From assembly GCA_964508755.1 (NCBI GenBank), contig CAZDUZ010000002.1:3395-46397 (forward strand): a stretch of 43,003 nt of DNA. Direction: 5' to 3'. Position 1 is the first letter of the stretch. Each line of letters begins with the position of its first letter. The translations under genes were made by a program, and so were the position numbers. Below, one piece after another: positions 30,601 through 39,609 of this stretch. The DNA comes from an uncultured Candidatus Saccharibacteria bacterium (GTDB lineage Bacteria; Patescibacteriota; Dojkabacteria; SC72; JAFGCJ01). The notes under the pieces were generated by a model. That model was not told where the DNA came from. It saw only the letters and a program-made list of their open reading frames with translations, and did not search any database.

Positions 30601-31775
30601 CTACCGTTTCTTGGGTTACCGCTCGCACTGCAGACTCTCGTGTAGCGTATGGTGTGGAATCGGGAGTTTATTTTGATGCTGAAGTGTCAAACTCAGATCA
30701 AGTAGTAGACCATATTCTCACCATTAATAACTTGACGCCAGGAACTAAGTACTATTACGTAGTCAGATGGACTGATGAGGATGGCAATACTGGTGAAAGC
30801 GAAGAAGATTTCTTCATAACCGCTCCACCACCTACCATACAAGAGCCCGTTGTAAAACGAGTGGGACTTGAATCGGCATTAATTGAATTTATGACTAAAG
30901 ACACGGTAAAGGTGAGGGTGTACTATGGTGAGACGTCGGCTTTTGGCGGGATCACTGAGGTATTTACTGGTATGTCCGAAGGGACGCATTATGTAGAATT
31001 AACGAATTTGAAGCACGGTACGAAGTACTTCTACAAAATAAACACGGTAGACGTTGATAATGTTGAATATGAAGGAGAAATACATTCATTTGAAACGTTG
31101 CCTCGTCCGCAGGTACTTGATACAAAAATTTTACAAGTAAAAGGAACTTCATTTACCACGCTTCTTGTAGAGTGGAATGCAAACACTCCCATATCTTCAG
31201 TCGTTACCTATTACCCGACTGCAGCTCCTGAGCGGGCATTGGATGAGGTAAATGTCGCACTGAAAGGTGGTTTGCATCGGATGGTACTGTTAAACCTTGA
31301 TCCTAACACCCCGTATTCCATCATCATAAGCGGAAGAGATTTCATGGGTAACGAAGCTTCAAGTGGTGTCATACCATTTACAACTGCTTCTGACACTCGT
31401 CCACCTCAGATTTTTGATTTAGAAGTAACATCAGAAATACTCGGTTCTGGACAAGAGGCGACAGCACAACTCGTCGTCTCCTATAAGACAGATGAAAAAG
31501 CTACTTCGCAAATAGAATACGGAGAAGGTACCGGGACGACCTACTCGCAAAAAACGCAGGAGGACTCAACACTTTCTGAAAACCATATAGTTATCATTTC
31601 TGGACTGACACCTTCGAAGGTGTATCATTTGCGTGCAGCTTCAAAAGATGCTGCAAATAATATCGGATATTCGATTGACAAGGTGGTAGTAACAAATCCT
31701 TCAACCGAAGATGCTTATAATCTTGTCATTAAAAACCTCCTTTCCATCTTTTCTTTCCTTGATAATACGCGATGA
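24663..31775 (+). CDS. Giant secreted Kelch-repeat/fibronectin-III surface protein, one frame interrupted by TAG at 27579-27581
   Basis: Track ORFs 24663-27581 and 27594-31775 share a frame; the junction reads FDGT*YIYLMRG, matching repeat YDGSRYIYLTRG. Signal peptide ending SAFA, many IY..RG...FYRY......W blades, FN3 domains. Confidence 0.85.
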
Positions 31776-32311
31776 AGATTACTACACGATTAAAAAGCAC
31801 AGGGAGGTTGTCTGAGGATCAACTGTCAAAAAAGACAAGTAATCATTACTTCTCAATAAAACGTCAAAAAAACATTTCAGCAAAAGAAACCAGATTGTCT
31901 AAAAAAAGTTCTTTACTGAAAAATATTCAAATTAATAAAAAATCAATCTTAGTTATTGGAATTGTCTCACTCGTTCTTCTCTTCATTTTCGTATTAGTGT
32001 ACATTGAAAATGTGCAAGAAAGATCGTTCGAAAAATATACAGAAATTACATACATTGCTCCGAATCAGGCACTTATTTTTTGGAAAACTGAAGAAGAGAG
32101 TATGGGGTATGTTGCTTATGGACCGTCTCGTTTTGGTAAAAAAGAAATAGTGCCCCAGACCAGTAGTGAATCATCAACGGTGCATGTCGTTATCCTTGAA
32201 AACATTCCTCTTGAAGGAACATATATTCAGAAGTATTCTGAAGGAAAACCGTTTTGGATAATCCCGAAAATGGAATTTATCTCATATGAAACGCACTCAA
32301 TTGATGAGTAA
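31772..32311 (+). CDS. Membrane-anchored single FN3-like domain protein
   Basis: Basic N-tail, TM helix, ALIFWKT...VAYG...VHVVILENI, similar to the FN3 units of the upstream gene. Confidence 0.7.
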   Translation: MKITTRLKSTGRLSEDQLSKKTSNHYFSIKRQKNISAKETRLSKKSSLLKNIQINKKSILVIGIVSLVLLFIFVLVYIENVQERSFEKYTEITYIAPNQALIFWKTEEESMGYVAYGPSRFGKKEIVPQTSSESSTVHVVILENIPLEGTYIQKYSEGKPFWIIPKMEFISYETHSIDE

Positions 32312-33053
32312 TGCTATTCGTTCCTCTCACAATATCGTACTTGAAGCGAAAGGTATTTATAAGCAATTCAAAATTGGAACAGGTATTGTTGAGGTTATTC
32401 GAGGGGTAGATGTAATTGTTGAAAAGGGAGATTTTATTATTTTATTTGGGATTTCAGGTTGTGGTAAAAGCACACTTTTAAATATTTTGCTCGGTCTTGA
32501 AGAACCTACTCGAGGATATGTGAAATTTATGGGGAAAGATCTGTACGGATATGATGAAGATCAGCGGTCCCAGATTCGAAAAGAAGGTATTGGACTTGTG
32601 TATCAGCAGCAAAACTGGGTAAGAGCGCTTAATGTACTGGAAAACGTGGCGTTTCCACTTGCGCTGAGAGGGTATGAAGAAGATGAACGTAACCGATTGG
32701 CAATTGAGTATCTAAAAACAGTTGGGATGCAAGATTCTGCAGATCAAATTCCAACAGAGCTCTCATCGGGACAGCAACAAAAAGTTTCTTTTGTAAGAGC
32801 ACTTATTTCTAAACCTTCTTTACTTGTTGCTGATGAACCTACGGGAAATCTTGATTCGAAATCTGGTATTGCCCTCATGGATATGTTTAAAGAGTATAAT
32901 GAACAAGGAAATACGATTATTATGGTTACTCACGATCTAGGGTTCTTAACGTATGCTACGAGATCATTAAACATGTCTGATGGACTTATTGTTAAAGAGT
33001 ACAAAAGAGGAGATAAAGAATTGGATCAATTCAAATTTGCTCAGAAAAGATGA
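32286..33053 (+). CDS. ABC ATPase, LolD/MacB family
   Basis: GISGCGKST, LSSGQQQ signature, ADEPTGNLDS, MVTHD; start may be 32304. Confidence 0.93.
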   Translation: MKRTQLMSNAIRSSHNIVLEAKGIYKQFKIGTGIVEVIRGVDVIVEKGDFIILFGISGCGKSTLLNILLGLEEPTRGYVKFMGKDLYGYDEDQRSQIRKEGIGLVYQQQNWVRALNVLENVAFPLALRGYEEDERNRLAIEYLKTVGMQDSADQIPTELSSGQQQKVSFVRALISKPSLLVADEPTGNLDSKSGIALMDMFKEYNEQGNTIIMVTHDLGFLTYATRSLNMSDGLIVKEYKRGDKELDQFKFAQKR

Positions 33054-35563
33054 CGATGTCTACTCTTATACCAAAAGAACGACCAAAGTTAATTCGCTTT
33101 ATCATTGGAATTCCAGGAGGGATCAAGTCACTTTTCGTTGAGACATTTATTATGGCTCGTTTTCTTATACTTTTATTTTTTGTATTTCTACAATATCTCA
33201 TTAACCGTCCTCGTATTGATAAAAAGACTCACCAATTAATCACAAAACGCTTTTTCGTAATGGCAATTATTGGTAAAGCATATGGAGCTTTGTACCGTCT
33301 GGCACTGAAGGTTCTGGATTCATCAAAACCTCAGCAAATGAGATCCTCCGATATGATTCTTCTTGCAATAAAAAACCTCACCTCTAAGAAAGCTCGCACC
33401 TATGTTACCGTTGGGGGTATGGCTATTGGTTTCGGTGCGGTAATTTTGCTTCTATCCGCAGGGTATGGATTCGAGCGACTTGTCATTTCACAAGTGGCAA
33501 ATCTTTCTGAAATGAAACAAATTGATGTCAATATTTCGAAAGGTTCTCCTCTTGTTTTTGACAGTGAGGCAATTGCAACAATTAGAAATACTGAGAATGT
33601 TGAAAAAGTCATTCCAATTATTACCTCTGTATCAAAAATTGAATATAACAATGCTGTGTCAGACGTTATTGTTTATGCGGTACCAAGCGATTATTTTAAA
33701 GAGGCTTCCATAAAGCCGCTCGAAGGAGAATTGTTTTCTGACAGTACGATGAATTTAACGACTCAAGAATCAGAAGAAGTAAGTCAGGTCAAAGGTGTTG
33801 CGACTGGATCACAAACAACGCTTGTTGGCCGTCAATCGATAGGGAAAGAAATTGGAAAAGTGAAGTATGCAATAAATCCAACCGTATGGAAAGGCGTATA
33901 CGCTTCGCCTGAGATTGGATCAGCCTTACTCGGGTACACGAAGAGAGAGCCAGGGAAACAAGATGGGTTTGAGGTATGGGGGAGTGGATATGAAAACGGA
34001 TCAGTAAGTGCAATTGATGTTGATGGTGTTGCATACAATATGTGGATCAAAGATTCATTCCCAATATGGGAGCAGAAGATATGTGCGACTACTGATCCTG
34101 ATTGTGTTGATGGGGTATATGTCGTAAAACGTGATGAAGGATCTCAAGCGACAGGTAATGGATATATTACCGAAGATCGAGTAGCTGTTGAAAGATATCA
34201 GATTGCCTCGGGAAGTGCTTTAGAGATATTTAATGGCAAAGTTATTGATTCTGTAGTGTTTGAATTTGATACTGAAGAGGAAACGGTATTGTTTTTTGAG
34301 CCTTCAGCATCATCAATCGGTATTCCGCTGGTAAATACCACTAATAGAGGTACCTATACCGGTGAGCTTCTTTACTCTGAATGTGTCGACCCATCAAAGG
34401 GAACGTGTATTAAAAGTACTGATGACACGTATTTTGGATATTGGGTTAAGGCTCTTGTCCCACTGTGGAATATGGGAGAGTGTACTACCATATGTGAACG
34501 ATATAGTGCTTCTCCATTAGAAAACAGTATAGAGACTAAGGCTTCTGTCTATTTTCCTGTATCATATATTACTTTAACTCAAGCACTGGGAACTTATTTT
34601 ACTTCAGAAGAATCAGTCCTTGGAACTGAAACCGAAGTACCAATAGACGAAGGTAACTTCGTAGATCTTGAAACTCTCATTGCCGGTGATGAAACAATCG
34701 ATTGGGCAACGATATCTTCTGAGTTAGGTGCTGTTGAAAAGATTGAGAAAGATGTTAAAGCTTTTCCTGCAAATGCTCAGAAACAAGCGTTAGTTAATAC
34801 AGCAATGCTTACGCTGCTGGGTATCAGTACCTCTAATGCGCTCGATGAAAAATTTACCGCAACACTCATATTCGACAGCAAACTATTCGGAAGAAATAAT
34901 TATATAGTCGAGTCTGAGCCCACCGAGTTTACAATAAAAGGCGTGGTTTCAGATTCCAGTACTCCTACTTTTTTCATCCCATTCGGAGATGTTATGGTAG
35001 AAGGTCTCAACAATGTATCGACACTAAAAGTCATTTCGAAATCAAAAGAAGATGTTAATGAGATTCGTTCTACGATAGAATCACTCGGTTTTCAAACGAG
35101 CTCTGTTGTTGATACCGTTGCGAGCATCAGTAACTTCTTTGATAATCTACGAGTAGCATTGCTTGTACTTGGGATGATTGCATTAGGGGTTGCCTCGTTA
35201 GGAATGTTTAACACTCTTACGGTATCATTACTTGAAAAAACCCAGGAAGTGGGATTACTCAAAACAATGGGTCTCAAATCAAACGAAGTGAGATCATTAT
35301 TTCTTGCTGAATCAATGATTATGAGTGTGATGGGTGGGGTGGTTGGTCTCCTTCTTGGTTTTGTAATAGGGAAAGTTATTAGTCTTCTCATTTCTGTATT
35401 GGCACTTACTCAAGGAAGTGGAATGCTTGATATAACGTATATTCCGTTTTCACTTGGTTTTGGACTTGTTTCAATGTCAGCAATTGTAGGTGTTATAACT
35501 GGATGGTATCCAGCAGAAAGAGCGAAAAAGATTTCTGCTCTTAATGCGCTCAGATACGAATAA
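33050..35563 (+). CDS. MacB/FtsX-family ABC permease with large extracytoplasmic insertion
   Basis: RTYVTVGGMAIG, GMFNTLTVSLLEKTQEVGLLKTMG, FLAES, GWYPAERAKKISALNALRYE. Confidence 0.92.
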   Translation: MTMSTLIPKERPKLIRFIIGIPGGIKSLFVETFIMARFLILLFFVFLQYLINRPRIDKKTHQLITKRFFVMAIIGKAYGALYRLALKVLDSSKPQQMRSSDMILLAIKNLTSKKARTYVTVGGMAIGFGAVILLLSAGYGFERLVISQVANLSEMKQIDVNISKGSPLVFDSEAIATIRNTENVEKVIPIITSVSKIEYNNAVSDVIVYAVPSDYFKEASIKPLEGELFSDSTMNLTTQESEEVSQVKGVATGSQTTLVGRQSIGKEIGKVKYAINPTVWKGVYASPEIGSALLGYTKREPGKQDGFEVWGSGYENGSVSAIDVDGVAYNMWIKDSFPIWEQKICATTDPDCVDGVYVVKRDEGSQATGNGYITEDRVAVERYQIASGSALEIFNGKVIDSVVFEFDTEEETVLFFEPSASSIGIPLVNTTNRGTYTGELLYSECVDPSKGTCIKSTDDTYFGYWVKALVPLWNMGECTTICERYSASPLENSIETKASVYFPVSYITLTQALGTYFTSEESVLGTETEVPIDEGNFVDLETLIAGDETIDWATISSELGAVEKIEKDVKAFPANAQKQALVNTAMLTLLGISTSNALDEKFTATLIFDSKLFGRNNYIVESEPTEFTIKGVVSDSSTPTFFIPFGDVMVEGLNNVSTLKVISKSKEDVNEIRSTIESLGFQTSSVVDTVASISNFFDNLRVALLVLGMIALGVASLGMFNTLTVSLLEKTQEVGLLKTMGLKSNEVRSLFLAESMIMSVMGGVVGLLLGFVIGKVISLLISVLALTQGSGMLDITYIPFSLGFGLVSMSAIVGVITGWYPAERAKKISALNALRYE

Positions 35564-35583
35564 TCTGGAACTGGTATAGAAAA

Positions 35584-36225
35584 ATGTTTCCACGTAAGTA
35601 TAAAAATCTTAATTGGCCACGTATCCTCTATACGGTATTTTCGCCGATTTTACAGAGGAGATCACGGAGAAACTTCCCTGTGGCATTCACCGTGCTGATA
35701 TTATATTTACTTTTCTTCTCCCTTTTTGGTGCAATATGGGTGTGGTATGAAAGTAAAAAGGAACAGGAGATACGAAATGTGCACAATAATATTGAAGAAG
35801 TATCGGATAATATTGTTACAGAAGTAGTTGATGGCGATACCATTAAATATTTAGAATCAGGAGAAGAAGTTACCGTAAGATTAATTGGCATTGATACTCC
35901 AGAACTGCATCACCCTGCAAAACCTGTAGAATGTTTTGCTCTTGAGGCTAAATCATATTTAGAAAAGTTAATACTGGGTAAAAATATCAGGGTTAGTCCG
36001 GATCCCACTCAGGATGTGCAGGACCGTTACGGGCGATCTTTGCTGTATATCTGGCGTGATGAAGACGATCTGTTTATTAACCTAGATCTAATAGAAAAAG
36101 GATATGCATACGAATATACCTACGATGATCCGTATAAATTTCAAGATGAATTTCGTTTAGCTCAAACGAATGCTCAAAACAATAGAGTGGGGCTGTGGGG
36201 GGATAAGTGTAACGGAAATCGCTAA
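35584..36225 (+). CDS. Membrane-anchored thermonuclease (SNase family)
   Basis: VVDGDTI, VRLIGIDTPE, DRYGRSL, GLWG; N-terminal TM helix. Confidence 0.93.
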   Translation: MFPRKYKNLNWPRILYTVFSPILQRRSRRNFPVAFTVLILYLLFFSLFGAIWVWYESKKEQEIRNVHNNIEEVSDNIVTEVVDGDTIKYLESGEEVTVRLIGIDTPELHHPAKPVECFALEAKSYLEKLILGKNIRVSPDPTQDVQDRYGRSLLYIWRDEDDLFINLDLIEKGYAYEYTYDDPYKFQDEFRLAQTNAQNNRVGLWGDKCNGNR

Positions 36226-36303
36226 AGAAGCAACTATCTATTGAATAGTATCTGCTCAAATTATTGCTATAATAGGTTACTCCAATTTTTTAACAACTTT
36301 TTC

Positions 36304-37770
36304 ATGAAAGGAAAGAAATTCACGATTCTTCATTCTAATGACATGCATGGAGACTTCCTCGCTGAGGCGAAAAAAGGTTCAGGAAAGCTTATCGGTGGGT
36401 TACCTTTGCTTTCCGGTTATGTAAATAAAGTTCGTAAAGAAGAGGAAAACGTATTGTATGTTGTTTCCGGGGATATGTTACAGGGATCACTCATTGATAG
36501 TGAATATAAAGGAATATCTACCATTGAAATTATGAATTTTCTTGCTCCTGATGTGGTATGTGTCGGCAATCATGAAGTTGATTATGGACTTCCTCATCTT
36601 TTGTTTTTAGAGAAAGTCGCAAACTTTCCAATTGTTAATGCAAATTTATATGTTAAAAAATATGGAAAGAGAATTATGCGACCCTATCTAATTATTAAAA
36701 TAGCGGGTTTCGAAATTCTATTTACTGGTATTCTCACGGAAAAGGTCATGGATTCGTTGCGAAGCGATGAATTAATTGGAACCTTTGTTGATATTCAAGA
36801 AGCAAGCACTGAGGTGGGAAAAATTTGTAATGCATACCGAAACGATGATATCGACCTTACGGTCTTACTCACCCATATTGGTTATGAATCTGATGTGGAA
36901 CTTGCAAAGCAACTGAAGCCTGAGTGGGGGGTTGATATGATTATTGGTGGCCATTCGCATACAATTCTTGATAATCCTACCGATGTGAACGGAATTCTTA
37001 TAGCTCAAGCTGGTGTAGGGACTGATCAGATTGGAAGGTTTGATATTGTCGTGGATGATGATACAAACCGGATTGTTGAACATAGTTGGAAACTCGTTCC
37101 GATAGAGGAAGGTATTGCTGAGCCCGACACACAGATGATCGATTTTATTAAATCTTATAAAGATAAAGTCGATAGCAAATACAGCACACTCCTATGTAAG
37201 TTAGCTGTTGAACATACTCACCCAAAGCGAGAAATTGAAACGAGTCTTGGTAATCTTATAGCTGATGCATTTGCAGAGTCGGCTCAGTGTGACGTAATGC
37301 TTGTAGGAAGTGGATCAATTCGGACATCAAGTCTTGGTCCAATTGTCACTCTTCAAGACTTTATACAATGCTTTCCCTATGATGATTCACTTACTCGGTT
37401 TACGGTTACCGGATCAATGCTCAAACTAATATTTGCTCACATTATGCGAAAAGAAAATCGAGATGGAGAAGGTGAGTGCTATCAAGTAAATGTAGGAATT
37501 GAGGCAACGTACAACGATAGTAAAAAACAACTCATGTCCCTACTTGTAAAAGGCGAATCAGTAATCGATGATCAACTTTACACTCTTTGTATACAAGGGT
37601 ACCATTTAAATAATGCGCGGGAATATCTGTCTGTATCTGAAAGAGATCTGTATAGAGAAGGACCTTCAAAAGTCATTACAACATCAGCGCAAAATGTGCT
37701 CGAGGAGTTCTTTAGGAACAATCAAAACATTTCTCGATCAGTAGAAGGAAGACTTGTTTACAAGAAATAA
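36304..37770 (+). CDS. Metallophosphatase/5'-nucleotidase (UshA-like), no signal peptide
   Basis: HSNDMHG, GDMLQG, GNHEVDYG, LTHIG, GGHSH, ETSLGNLIADA; start set at ATG 36304. Confidence 0.9.
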   Translation: MKGKKFTILHSNDMHGDFLAEAKKGSGKLIGGLPLLSGYVNKVRKEEENVLYVVSGDMLQGSLIDSEYKGISTIEIMNFLAPDVVCVGNHEVDYGLPHLLFLEKVANFPIVNANLYVKKYGKRIMRPYLIIKIAGFEILFTGILTEKVMDSLRSDELIGTFVDIQEASTEVGKICNAYRNDDIDLTVLLTHIGYESDVELAKQLKPEWGVDMIIGGHSHTILDNPTDVNGILIAQAGVGTDQIGRFDIVVDDDTNRIVEHSWKLVPIEEGIAEPDTQMIDFIKSYKDKVDSKYSTLLCKLAVEHTHPKREIETSLGNLIADAFAESAQCDVMLVGSGSIRTSSLGPIVTLQDFIQCFPYDDSLTRFTVTGSMLKLIFAHIMRKENRDGEGECYQVNVGIEATYNDSKKQLMSLLVKGESVIDDQLYTLCIQGYHLNNAREYLSVSERDLYREGPSKVITTSAQNVLEEFFRNNQNISRSVEGRLVYKK

Positions 37771-37807
37771 CTATTCCTGCTGAATAAGACGAAAATTCTT
37801 AATGCAC

Positions 37808-38497
37808 TTAGCTGTTCTCAATATCTCTCAGTATGTCCTCATACGTATTGACCACGTAATCAGCCTCTCCCACAAATGAGTCGTTTTTTCCCGGTGTAAG
37901 TATTGCTATGCAATAAATACCTGCAGCTTTTGCAGCTCTAATTCCATTAACTGAGTCCTCAAATACTACAGCCTCAGATGCATTACAGGAAAACGCATCA
38001 AGTGCTTTTATGAATATTTCAGGATTCGGTTTGATGTGAATTACATCTTCGCGATCCACAATGTGCTCGAAGTGAGCGATGAGTTCCGTTTTATCTAAAA
38101 TCAGTCGCGAAAATACTCTCCCTGTAGAAGTTGCGAGAGACCGGTGAATACCAGCGTTCGCTAGGTACGAAAGAAAGGAATAGGCGCCTTTGATTACAGA
38201 AACATGTTTATCAAAGTTGTACTCAAGTTCCTTTTTCTTAAGTGCGGAGAATTGTTTTTGTAATTCTTTAGCATTTTCAGATGACAATCCATTTGCTGTT
38301 AAATATGTTTCAAACCCAAATAAGGACCCTCTGCCACTAAAATGGTTTTGGTAGTCATCATTCGTAACAGTTCTGTTTAGATTTTTATTAACAATCTCGC
38401 TAAATGTATAGAAATTTAAGTCTTCAAGATTTGCGAGCGTCCCATCTAAATCAAAGATTGCAAGGCGTGCGTTATTAATATGAGTTACGTAATCCAT
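37808..38497 (-). CDS. HAD family phosphatase (beta-PGM-like)
   Basis: FDLDGTL, ATS, KPNPEIF, FEDSVNG. Confidence 0.9.
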   Translation of the reverse strand: MDYVTHINNARLAIFDLDGTLANLEDLNFYTFSEIVNKNLNRTVTNDDYQNHFSGRGSLFGFETYLTANGLSSENAKELQKQFSALKKKELEYNFDKHVSVIKGAYSFLSYLANAGIHRSLATSTGRVFSRLILDKTELIAHFEHIVDREDVIHIKPNPEIFIKALDAFSCNASEAVVFEDSVNGIRAAKAAGIYCIAILTPGKNDSFVGEADYVVNTYEDILRDIENS

Positions 38498-39558
38498 GGT
38501 TTTCTTATGAAAGTAATAAGCTTATTTACAATAAAGACAATCAGGATTGTCAAAGATGTAATAATAAAATAATCAGTAAGCCAAAAGTTTGTAGGCTTTT
38601 TAATTGCATCCATGACTATATAATGAGCAAAAAATATCGTATAACTATGTCGTGAAAGGAACTGAATAAAAAGTGAAATTGGACTTTCATTATGCATCAG
38701 CGTCTCAAATTTGCGTGCGATAACAAGGAGCGTTAGTGATACAAATATACTGAAAGAAATGAAATAAATCGTAGGGGGGTATTCATGGGGAAAAAAGCGG
38801 GCATTACCTCCTTGTGCAAGTTGTACAAGGGCAAGAAATATCGTCACAATACCTGATATGAAGAATGAATAGAGTAAGAATTGCTTACTATTTTTCAACG
38901 AAAATAGAATCATTCCATACAGGAAAAATGAAAACCACGTTACCGTTTGAACGTATTTCGATAACGATGGTTCCGGCACAAGGATATCAAATAAGAACAA
39001 AGTAGAGAGGGAAAGTGACGCAAGCATGAAAACTTTCAATGTGTTCACTCTTAGATTACTTTTCTGTCTGAATAATTCAAAAACTATATACAAGAACATC
39101 AATAATACAAATAGTCGAGGTATCCAGTTTTGGCTAAAACCGCCATAGAGTGTTATTGTTTCAATCAAAAATGAAAATGACCACTCAATATCAACTCTGG
39201 TAAAAATAAAAGGAAATATAAGAATTAGTAATGCGTGAATAATCACATAAATGTAGTAGGGGCGAACTAATCGTATGAACCTTTTGATGAGAAATTCAAA
39301 AATGTCCTTCAGATTGTGAATAATCAATGGTCGTGCTTCCTGCAAAAATCCGGATGAAATGACAAATGCTGGAACTGCAAAGTGAAGAATATCCCATAGA
39401 TTTCTGACATAATCGATAGTACGATATTGATCTAGAACATGAATAAGGATAACAAGAAGGGCCGAAAGACCCTTAAGAAAATCTATTTCAAAAAACCTTT
39501 GTGAATTTTGTGGGTTTATTCTCATTATCGCTAACTCTACTATACTAGGCTGAGACAC
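38485..39558 (-). CDS. Acyltransferase 3 (OafA-like) membrane protein
   Basis: IDFLKGLSALLVILIH, AVPAFVISSG, KRFIRL, SYTIFFAH; start uncertain. Confidence 0.87.
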   Translation of the reverse strand: MSQPSIVELAIMRINPQNSQRFFEIDFLKGLSALLVILIHVLDQYRTIDYVRNLWDILHFAVPAFVISSGFLQEARPLIIHNLKDIFEFLIKRFIRLVRPYYIYVIIHALLILIFPFIFTRVDIEWSFSFLIETITLYGGFSQNWIPRLFVLLMFLYIVFELFRQKSNLRVNTLKVFMLASLSLSTLFLFDILVPEPSLSKYVQTVTWFSFFLYGMILFSLKNSKQFLLYSFFISGIVTIFLALVQLAQGGNARFFPHEYPPTIYFISFSIFVSLTLLVIARKFETLMHNESPISLFIQFLSRHSYTIFFAHYIVMDAIKKPTNFWLTDYFIITSLTILIVFIVNKLITFIRKPWIT

Positions 39559-39609
39559 TCAAGCTTTCTGTTGAAATCGTCTCGGCTTGTATGTTACTCT
39601 CATAAAGAC

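Noticed and set aside
32758-32778. LSSGQ rather than LSGGQ in the ABC ATPase
   Set aside because: Single change with Walker A/B, D-loop and H-loop intact; not enough to claim altered function.
24411-35563. Genomic island integrated at tRNA-Val
   Set aside because: No integrase or transposase, and I found no duplicated tRNA 3' end by eye.
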